In this document: positions 24,858 to 32,000 of the stretch, one piece after another
How the letters are laid out: the number at the start of each line of letters is the position of its first letter
How positions within the stretch are numbered: the first letter of the stretch is position 1
Assembly: GCF_900167395.1 (NCBI RefSeq)
Contig: NZ_FUWK01000014.1
Span: 18,458-50,457 of the forward strand
DNA: 32,000 nt
Source of the DNA: Nitrosomonas europaea
GTDB taxonomy: Bacteria > Pseudomonadota > Gammaproteobacteria > Burkholderiales > Nitrosomonadaceae
Direction of reading: 5' to 3'
The notes under the pieces: model-generated
Database searches by the model: none
Told to the model about the DNA's origin: nothing
Seen by the model: the letters and a program-made list of their open reading frames with translations, nothing else
Translations under genes and position numbers: made by a program

Positions 24858-27203
24858 ATGCAGAAAAATTTATGGGTCATAGGGCTCAGCATCATTATGT
24901 TTTCCGGATTTGCTCAAGCACAGAGCAACAAGGTGCTCAGTATCCCGGCGCAGAATCTGCCGGATGCACTGCACAGCCTGTCCAGTCAGACAGGAATCCA
25001 GATCCTGTTCACCGCCGAGCAGTTGAAAGGGTTTCAAAGTCCGGCAATCAACGGATCGATGAATACCGAACAGGCACTCATCCGTCTGCTGCAGGGAACA
25101 TCGTATACCTGGCTGGCCAGCGGACAGAATACATACGTCATCAAATCAGCAGCCGAAGTGGCGACCGTCATGCCGGAAGTCAGGGTAACCGGCGCCATGA
25201 ATCCGGATACACCCGGTAACCCGAGTTATACACGCACCAATGCGTCAACGGCGACCAAATCCAATTTACCCATTATGAAAACGCCGATGTCCGTTCAGGT
25301 GATACCACGTGCGGTAATCGAAGATCAGCAAGCGGTTCAGGTCAATGATGCAGTCAGGAATGTGAGCGGTGTGTTTCCCGGGTTTACTTTTGGTGGAATG
25401 AGTCAGGCATTCATGATCCGTGGCTTTGACACAGGTTTTGCCAGTTTTCGTGACGGATTCAGATTTCCATTGGCTTTAAGATTCTCATTAGCCAACATAG
25501 AGCGGGTAGAGGTATTGAAAGGTGCCGCGTCAAATTTATACGGCCGGATCGAACCGGGCGGGATGGTCAACCTGATCACCAAGCGGCCGCAGGCAGAGCG
25601 CTATTACTCGCTAAACCAGCAGTTCGGGTCATACGGTCAATTTCAGACATTGGCTGATGCGACCGGCGCATTGAATGAAACGGGTACTTTGTTATACCGC
25701 CTGAACTTCGAATATCTCAATCAGGATTCATTTCGCGATTTCGGCTTCAATAAACGTATTTTTGTTGCGCCGTCAGTCACCTGGAGAATTACGCCAGATA
25801 CGCAACTGGATGTGGATTTCACTTATAACAACGAAGATACACGTGAAGACCACGGTATCGTTGCGATAGGTAACCGACCAGCCAAATTGCCGCGTTCGCG
25901 TTTTCTGGGAGAACCGGCAGATAAGACCACCCAGAACATGTACAACACTGCCGTAACACTAACGCACGCTTTTAATTCCGATTGGCAAGCACGTGCCCGG
26001 TTCAATTATTTACGCCGCGATACTGTGGATCCACAAACAACTGGATTTGATTTGAATGAAGCCACAGGTGATATGCAGCGATCTTTTTATGGTGGTACCG
26101 CAACCGGAGATGTCTTTATGAGCACAATGGACATTACGGGTCGGTTCTATACTGCTGGCGTAGAACACAATGTGCTGGCCGGTTGGGAATACTATGGTCA
26201 ATTTGGCTCTGTGAAATCCATCAGTGTGGATGCCAGCCCGATTAATATTTTCAGGCCGATATACAGCAACGTTAATCTGGCATCGCAACCTTATAACTTC
26301 TTTATTGATCAGAAAAACGAGTGGAATGGTGTGTATTTACAGGATCAGATCACACTGTTCGACAAGTTGCATATCATGGCAGGCGGGCGTTATGACTGGG
26401 CTTCTAATGATGTAGGTACGGCTTTCGGGATAGATAAATTCCTTTCTGACGCAAAAGCTGCTGGTCGGGAGATTAATAACAACCGTTTCAGTCCACGTGC
26501 AGGGATCGTTTATCAACCGTGGGAGTGGCTCTCATTCTACGGCAATTATGTGCAGTCACTTGGAGCAGCTAATTCAGCTTTCGATGCCAATGGCAATATC
26601 CTCAAGCCGCAAATCGGTGAGCAGTTCGAGGGCGGATTCAAGACCTCATTCTTCGATGGGCGGCTCAATTCGAATGTTGCATTCTATTATCTGACCAAAC
26701 AGAACCTGGCATTCCGGGTACCCGGGCAACCGTACTCGATCCCTATCGGCCAGGCACGCAGCCAGGGGGTGGAAGTGGATATTTCAGGACAGATCATACA
26801 AGGGCTGAACCTGATCCTGACTTATGCCTATACCGATGCTGAAGTGTTGGAAGGTGCCAATAAAGGTAACCGGTTATGGAATGTGCCCAAACACGCCGGC
26901 AGTTTGTGGGCGCGTTACGATGTGCAATATGAACCATTGCGCGGGCTGAGCATAGGGGCCGGCATCTATGCTCAGGATAAACGCCCGGGCGATCCTGCCA
27001 ATACCTATTTTCTGCCGGCACAGGCGCGTGTCGATGCGATGGTGCGTTACCGTCCGCCTGCTATGCATTCGCGCCTGAGTCTGCAGCTCAATATCTACAA
27101 CCTCGCTGACAGCACACTGTATGGCGGTACCCTGGGTGATCGTTTCTCTGTGAATGTCGATGTCCCGCGTACCTTTGTCGGTTCGATCCGCTATGAGATG
27201 TAA
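24858..27203 (+). CDS. TonB-dependent siderophore receptor with STN signalling domain (transducer 3)
   Basis: Signal peptide (MQKNLWVIGLSIIMFSGFAQAQ) and STN-like segment (LPDALHSLSSQTGIQILFTAEQL). It has MPEVRVTG, plug motifs (TPMSVQVIPR, VEVLKGAASNLYGRIEPGG) and a barrel. Confidence 0.93.
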   Translation: MQKNLWVIGLSIIMFSGFAQAQSNKVLSIPAQNLPDALHSLSSQTGIQILFTAEQLKGFQSPAINGSMNTEQALIRLLQGTSYTWLASGQNTYVIKSAAEVATVMPEVRVTGAMNPDTPGNPSYTRTNASTATKSNLPIMKTPMSVQVIPRAVIEDQQAVQVNDAVRNVSGVFPGFTFGGMSQAFMIRGFDTGFASFRDGFRFPLALRFSLANIERVEVLKGAASNLYGRIEPGGMVNLITKRPQAERYYSLNQQFGSYGQFQTLADATGALNETGTLLYRLNFEYLNQDSFRDFGFNKRIFVAPSVTWRITPDTQLDVDFTYNNEDTREDHGIVAIGNRPAKLPRSRFLGEPADKTTQNMYNTAVTLTHAFNSDWQARARFNYLRRDTVDPQTTGFDLNEATGDMQRSFYGGTATGDVFMSTMDITGRFYTAGVEHNVLAGWEYYGQFGSVKSISVDASPINIFRPIYSNVNLASQPYNFFIDQKNEWNGVYLQDQITLFDKLHIMAGGRYDWASNDVGTAFGIDKFLSDAKAAGREINNNRFSPRAGIVYQPWEWLSFYGNYVQSLGAANSAFDANGNILKPQIGEQFEGGFKTSFFDGRLNSNVAFYYLTKQNLAFRVPGQPYSIPIGQARSQGVEVDISGQIIQGLNLILTYAYTDAEVLEGANKGNRLWNVPKHAGSLWARYDVQYEPLRGLSIGAGIYAQDKRPGDPANTYFLPAQARVDAMVRYRPPAMHSRLSLQLNIYNLADSTLYGGTLGDRFSVNVDVPRTFVGSIRYEM

Positions 27204-27370
27204 CGATCTGGAAGGCTGGCAGGATTTTGAATCTGTGAGCGAGATGATATCCCATCGATAGGGACGTTTTATCCATCTTCATTACATCACCTGGTGATAC
27301 AGCCATCATTCGCGCGGCGCAGCCAACTGCCGATGATGGCTGTTCTTCATCGCTCATCCGATATCATCGC

Positions 27371-27416
27371 TGCGACAATTTGTCGCATTCTCATTCCTCA
27401 GTTTTATAGTGATAAT
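27371..27416 (+). promoter_or_regulatory. Palindromic operator plus promoter, site E (upstream of ECF sigma 4)
   Basis: Perfect palindrome TGCGACAATTTGTCGCA (27371-27387), sharing the 21-mer CTGCGACAATTTGTCGCATTC with site C. Then TTCTCA, a 17-nt spacer and GATAAT (27411-27416), 48 nt before ATG 27465. Confidence 0.65.
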
Positions 27417-27464
27417 ACCGTACCGATCAACGGTAATTATTCCTGTATTTTCTTGCTGTCATAC

Positions 27465-27992
27465 ATGTTTCCACTGGATTCTCCTCTTCTGGCAGACCTT
27501 TACAAAAAATATCGATCACGCCTCATAAGCAGAATTGCACGTTTGACTGGCTGCCGTGAAACTGCTGCCGATCTGGCGCAGGATGCCTACATGCGGTTGC
27601 TCGACCAGACCGGTGTGGCATGTCCTTCCAATCCTGCGGCTTATCTGTTCCGGATTGGACGTAATCTGGCTATCGATCATCAACGCAGACCGGATTTTCG
27701 GCAGCATGACGAAACTTCGTTCGAGGAAGAGTTACCTTCTTCTTTTTCCGGGCTGGATCAGCAGGCGGTCTATCGCCAGGAATGTGAACAGTTATGGACG
27801 GCAATCATGGAATTGCCTCGTCCGGTCAGTCGCGCATTGGTACTCAGTGTAATCGAAGGGGTCAGCCAGGCTGCCATTGCTGAAGAGCTTGGCGTAACCG
27901 AACGTACCGTACGCCGGTATATCAGCAAGGGGATGGCACATTGCCAGCGGCGTCTGCGTAATCCGTTACCACCAGCACGTTACGACCGCTGA
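27465..27992 (+). CDS. ECF sigma factor, FecI group (sigma 4)
   Basis: Start moved from ORF-track 27294 to ATG 27465 (MFPLDSPLLADLY), downstream of the operator and the -10 box. Region 2 (AADLAQDAYMRLL, PAAYLFRIGRNLAIDHQRR) and region 4 HTH (VSQAAIAEELGVTERTVRRYISKG). Confidence 0.88.
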   Translation: MFPLDSPLLADLYKKYRSRLISRIARLTGCRETAADLAQDAYMRLLDQTGVACPSNPAAYLFRIGRNLAIDHQRRPDFRQHDETSFEEELPSSFSGLDQQAVYRQECEQLWTAIMELPRPVSRALVLSVIEGVSQAAIAEELGVTERTVRRYISKGMAHCQRRLRNPLPPARYDR

Positions 27993-28136
27993 GTGTCGGC
28001 AGCTGGCTTCCGCGAACAATTCTCCGAATCTGCGGTTTCCAGGATAAATTGACATTGAAACTGGCTCGGGAATATATCCCGCAGCGCTTTCATGTTAACC
28101 TCGCCGCATGTTTTTCTGCTGACTGATTCATATCAG

Positions 28137-29123
28137 ATGTACTCCGATGATGATCGTAACCATTCCGGAAAAGAAGCCCTGGATTGGTTCGTGCGTATGC
28201 AGAGCGATTCCGTTACTGAGGCGGAACGGGCAGCTTTCATCGCCTGGCGTGATGCCAAACCGGAAAATGCACAAGCTTACGCTGATACCGAGCTTCTGAG
28301 CCACAAACTGGCGGCACTGAAAGGCCATTCGGCCTATCATATTCCCCGGCTCACTCCCGATCAGAAGCCTTCGCTCATGACGATGCAGTCCTTCAACCGG
28401 ATTGCATTATTCCTGCTCATTATTTTTTCAAGTGCCGGCTTGTGGTGGCAAACCGGGATTGTCAGTGATGAATATGTCACATCTGCTGGTGAACAACGCC
28501 ATATCCCTCTTGAGGATGGCAGCAAACTTGAGCTGAATACCGCTTCACACGCAGATGTACGCTATACCCGCCTGGAACGTATCGTTACCTTATACAGTGG
28601 GGAGGCCTATTTTGACATTGCCGATGAGAATTACCGGCGATTTGTTGTATTGGCTGGCGGCCTGCAGGTACGGGATATCGGGACACGTTTCATCGTTCGC
28701 CATGACAATGAACAAGTCACGGTGACAGTGCTGGAAGGTGAAGTCGAGTTGACCCGGCCTGCATTGTCAGATCGCAGTGGAGAGCTGCCGGCTACCCTGA
28801 CATTGCTGGCGGGTCAGCAAAGCCATTACCGGAATGAAGTGATTACGTCCGCAATCCCGATCGATTCGGTTGCCGCAGCTGCCTGGCGGGAGGGAAAGCT
28901 GATATTCAAGGCCACGCCGCTGCGTGAAGTTGTGCAGGAACTGGCACGTTACCACCCATTGCGCTTCGTCATACATGATCCGGCACTGGCTGATGAAACA
29001 GTCACCGGCAGCTTTCATATCGGGGAATTATCGTCTTTCTTGCGTGCACTTGAACAAGTACTGCAAATTCAAATCGATACCCGTAACCCGGATATCGCAT
29101 CCATTCAACGCAGAAAAAACTGA
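28137..29123 (+). CDS. FecR-family anti-sigma factor (anti-sigma 4)
   Basis: ATG 28137 puts the ALDWFVRMQ motif at the same distance from the N-terminus as in the three paralogues. ATG 28092 (ORF track) is the alternative; neither has a clear RBS. TM helix (IALFLLIIFSSAGLWW) and VRDIGTRFIV. Confidence 0.85.
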   Translation: MYSDDDRNHSGKEALDWFVRMQSDSVTEAERAAFIAWRDAKPENAQAYADTELLSHKLAALKGHSAYHIPRLTPDQKPSLMTMQSFNRIALFLLIIFSSAGLWWQTGIVSDEYVTSAGEQRHIPLEDGSKLELNTASHADVRYTRLERIVTLYSGEAYFDIADENYRRFVVLAGGLQVRDIGTRFIVRHDNEQVTVTVLEGEVELTRPALSDRSGELPATLTLLAGQQSHYRNEVITSAIPIDSVAAAAWREGKLIFKATPLREVVQELARYHPLRFVIHDPALADETVTGSFHIGELSSFLRALEQVLQIQIDTRNPDIASIQRRKN

Positions 29124-29186
29124 ATCACGCCATCCCGTGAAACATCGACAACCACGGAATTCTGTCACGATCAGCTTCTGAAATAA

Positions 29187-29213
29187 TTGTCCGGTTTATT
29201 CCGCTATTTCGTC
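29187..29213 (+). promoter_or_regulatory. candidate ECF (FecI-type) promoter of receptor 4
   Basis: TTGTCC (29187-29192), 17 nt, then CGTC (29210-29213), 62 nt before the ATG. The hexamer and spacing are the same as upstream of receptor 1. Confidence 0.35.
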
Positions 29214-29271
29214 ATAAACGATAGCTAACCCAAAAAGCAGAAAAATCGTTTAACGAAATAAAGGGAACCTC

Positions 29272-31671
29272 ATGCCGCACATTACAGGGAAATTCAGGCT
29301 GTGCTGGCCTGGGATCATACTGTCATTTCTGATCATGATCACCAGTGCACAGGCAAGCAATACCTTCTTCGAATTTGATCTGCCGTCCCAACCACTGACT
29401 CAGTCTCTGGAGCAATTTCAGAAGACAACCGGCATCAACATCGTATATGCACCCAAAGAGCTCGCAAACTATTACAGTCCAGCCATACAGGGGCAATATA
29501 CCCCTCGACAGGCCATACAAATACTACTGGCTGAGCATCGGCTGAATGCCGAATTCATCAGTAATTCGATGATTGCGGTAAAGCCGGCATCAGCCGTACA
29601 GCAACTGCCGGAAATGACAGTAACGGGTACTCCTGATCCGGATTCACCGGACAACAGAAGTTACAACCATTCCAGTGCTTTCTCGGCAACCAAGACCGAT
29701 ACGCCGATCATGGAAACACCGATGTCGATCCAGGTCATTCCGAAGGCGCTCATGGAGGATCAGCAAGCCATTCAACTCAAAGATGCTTTAAAGAATGTCA
29801 GTGGTGTATTTACGGGTAATCAGAGCGGAGAATACGGCTATGATAAGTTTTTCATCCGCGGTTTTCCCAACGCAGGCTCGACACAGATTTACAGAGACGG
29901 TTTGCTGTTGCCTCGCTCCAATAACGATACCTTCAATATTGAGCAAATAGAAATACTGAAAGGCCCGGCGGCAGTTCTTTACGGCCGCGTCGAACCGGGT
30001 GGCCTGATCAATACCGTTTCCAAGAAACCTTTGGACACGCCCTATTATTCATTACAACAGCAGTTTGGCTCGTTCGACCATTACCGCACGATGGCGGATG
30101 CCACAGGACCGATCACTTCTGACAAGTCTCTGCTATATCGCCTCAACATTGCCTATCAGAACACCGGTACTTTTGTCGATCTGGTCGACAATGAACGTAT
30201 TTTGGTTGCACCTTCGTTGCAATGGAAACCCGGCGATCGTGATGTCCTCAATTTTCGGCTCGAATATCAGAACGACAATGGGCGCTATTACGACGGCATT
30301 CCAGCCGTCGGGCGACGGCCGGCCGATATCCCGATTTCGACTTTTTTAGGTTGGGGGGGTGACAATGAATATCAGAAACAACAGCGAATCGTTACGGGTT
30401 ACGACTGGACACATCACTTTAACGGCGATTGGAAAATCACCAATCGGTTCAGCTATACCAATTTGAATTATAAATTTATCAATACCTATTATGGCGACAG
30501 CCTGGCGGACGATAATCGAACATTTACCCGAGCCAATTATCATTACCCGTCAGATAAAACCGACGCTTATGCAACAAATTTGGATTTAACAGGCCGATTC
30601 ACGACTTACGGCATTTCACACAAAGTGCTTCTAGGCTTCGATTATTACCGGAAGGACACTCATGCCATAGGGTACTGTTGTAACGCGCTGAATGGATTTA
30701 TCCCAACAGTTGATATTTATAACCCGATTCATGCGGATGTTCGTGTACCGCTTCAAAATGAACTGAACGACTATCGTCGATCTTCGCAATACTGGTACGG
30801 GCTATATTTTCAGGATCAAGTGACTTTCTTTGACAAATTGCACTTGCTATTCGGTGGTAGACAAGATTGGGCGACGGATACCAGAGCATCGGCTTCGAGC
30901 GCTGCATCCTATGCATTGGCGCAGGATAAAGTATTTAGTGATAGTAAATTTACACCCAGAGCCGGCATTCTTTACCAGATTCAACCTTCACTTTCAATCT
31001 ACGGTAATTACGTAGAATCTTTCGGCGTTAACAACGGACGGGGTTTTAACAATGAACCACTCAAGCCGCAGACGGCGACGCAATATGAAGCAGGAGTAAA
31101 AAAGGAGTGGATGGATGGCAAATTCATTACGACACTCGCTTATTATGATTTAACCAAAAAAAACATAACAACAACTGATCCATTACACCCGCAATTTGTT
31201 ATTCCTGTTGGTGAAGCAAGGAGTCGGGGAGTGGAATTCGATATTTCCGGCCGTATCACCGAGAACTTGAGCGTTATCGGCAGTTATAGTTACACCGATA
31301 CGGAAATCACCAAAGACAATCGAGGAAATCAAGGCCACAAACTACCTAATGTACCCAAGCATGCCGGGAGCTTATGGGGGAAATATGATGTTACCCAAGG
31401 CTTGCTGAGAGGGCTGAATATAGGTTCCGGTGTTTTTCTGATAGGCAAGCGCGAAGGTGACAATGCAAACTCGTTCGAGTTGCCGGGTTATGTGCGCTGG
31501 GATGCATTGGTGGGTTATAGATGGCGTACCAGCAAAACTGAACTGTCTTTACAACTCAACGTGAACAATATTCTGGATAAAACCTATTACGATGCTTCAC
31601 CGGCCGGCGCAACTAACATTTATCCAGGCATTCCGCGCACTTTTTTAGGTTCAATAAAAATTGCCCTGTAG
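29272..31671 (+). CDS. TonB-dependent siderophore receptor with STN signalling domain (transducer 4)
   Basis: Signal peptide ending in SAQAS and STN-like segment (LTQSLEQFQKTTGINIVYAPKEL). It has LPEMTVTG, plug motifs (TPMSIQVIPK, IEILKGPAAVLYGRVEPGG) and a barrel. Confidence 0.93.
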   Translation: MPHITGKFRLCWPGIILSFLIMITSAQASNTFFEFDLPSQPLTQSLEQFQKTTGINIVYAPKELANYYSPAIQGQYTPRQAIQILLAEHRLNAEFISNSMIAVKPASAVQQLPEMTVTGTPDPDSPDNRSYNHSSAFSATKTDTPIMETPMSIQVIPKALMEDQQAIQLKDALKNVSGVFTGNQSGEYGYDKFFIRGFPNAGSTQIYRDGLLLPRSNNDTFNIEQIEILKGPAAVLYGRVEPGGLINTVSKKPLDTPYYSLQQQFGSFDHYRTMADATGPITSDKSLLYRLNIAYQNTGTFVDLVDNERILVAPSLQWKPGDRDVLNFRLEYQNDNGRYYDGIPAVGRRPADIPISTFLGWGGDNEYQKQQRIVTGYDWTHHFNGDWKITNRFSYTNLNYKFINTYYGDSLADDNRTFTRANYHYPSDKTDAYATNLDLTGRFTTYGISHKVLLGFDYYRKDTHAIGYCCNALNGFIPTVDIYNPIHADVRVPLQNELNDYRRSSQYWYGLYFQDQVTFFDKLHLLFGGRQDWATDTRASASSAASYALAQDKVFSDSKFTPRAGILYQIQPSLSIYGNYVESFGVNNGRGFNNEPLKPQTATQYEAGVKKEWMDGKFITTLAYYDLTKKNITTTDPLHPQFVIPVGEARSRGVEFDISGRITENLSVIGSYSYTDTEITKDNRGNQGHKLPNVPKHAGSLWGKYDVTQGLLRGLNIGSGVFLIGKREGDNANSFELPGYVRWDALVGYRWRTSKTELSLQLNVNNILDKTYYDASPAGATNIYPGIPRTFLGSIKIAL

Positions 31672-31672
31672 C

Positions 31673-31709
31673 GCATAGGTTGAGATGACGAAGGAATTCC
31701 AACCTATGC
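31673..31709 (+). terminator. hairpin immediately after receptor 4 (possible terminator or attenuator)
   Basis: GCATAGGTTG (31673-31682) pairs with CAACCTATGC (31700-31709): a 10-bp perfect stem with a 17-nt loop, followed by TGTT. The large loop and short T-run make it a weak terminator call. Confidence 0.3.
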
Positions 31710-31822
31710 TGTTAAGCGGTACATGGATGATTGAGCTTTGGCATTTCAGCGCGATCTGTTTTATGAATTTATCCAGACACTCTGTTATTCCGGCCTGCTG
31801 GATTCAATGATGGACTGCAATC

Positions 31823-31972
31823 ATGAAATTTACTGGTAAGCGGCTAACTCAACTTAAAGATCGCCGTAAATTTTGGCTCGATATCCATTTATGGTTGGGT
31901 TTGGTACTAGGACAAATCGACATTTACGGATTCTCAACATCTATAATTTTTGCTTTACTGAAAGAGGTCTAA
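31823..31972 (+). pseudogene. 49-codon fragment of a PepSY-associated TM-helix gene (N-terminal motif only)
   Basis: MKFTGKRLTQLKDRRKFWLDIHLWLGLVLG matches the N-terminal W..IHL.LGL motif of the PepSY-TM proteins at 1611 and 20262. Similarity is lost after about codon 30, and a TAA stop follows at 31970-31972. Confidence 0.4.
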
Positions 31973-32000
31973 CATTTTCAGTGAGGAATGTATGAAACGC

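Noticed and set aside
24851-25219. 122-aa ORF starting 7 nt upstream of receptor 3 in another frame.
   Set aside because: It overlaps the receptor gene, whose frame shows a signal peptide, STN domain and plug motifs. The alternative frame has no motifs.

Overview
No rRNA, tRNA, CRISPR array or intact mobile element is visible. The window reads as a proteobacterial iron-acquisition region. Its density of FecI/FecR/receptor sets resembles what is known for Nitrosomonas, but that taxon guess is inference only.

Gene content, left to right:
- A 5'-truncated BNR/Asp-box protein and a small HTH gene.
- A PepSY-TM gene translationally linked to an OMF-MFP-RND efflux operon (1.6-8.9 kb).
- Four cell-surface-signalling modules, each with an ECF sigma, a FecR-type anti-sigma and an STN-domain TonB-dependent transducer (9.0-31.7 kb).
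- Module 1 is split by about 3 kb of opposite-strand DNA. That DNA carries a His-rich protein, a HupE/UreJ-type permease and a membrane-anchored protein of unknown function.
- Module 2 ends in a second PepSY-TM gene.
- A small toxin-antitoxin islet sits between modules 2 and 3: ParD/ParE plus VapC, whose antitoxin is truncated.
- Module 4 is followed by a 49-codon PepSY fragment at the window edge.

Main observations:
1. A 17-bp palindrome, TGCGACA(A/T)T(A/T)TGTC(G/A)CA, lies exactly 24 nt before a -10-like hexamer. It occurs in front of all four sigma genes and, on the minus strand, in front of the His-rich/HupE operon. This links that uncharacterised operon to the siderophore regulon.
2. Receptors 1 and 2 are near-identical from the TonB box to the stop codon, but their signalling domains and their sigma/anti-sigma pairs have diverged.
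3. None of the four modules has an ABC importer. The PepSY proteins, the RND pump and the HupE-type operon are therefore candidate parts of a periplasmic reductive-release, export and import route.

All functional calls rest on motifs read by eye; no searches were run.
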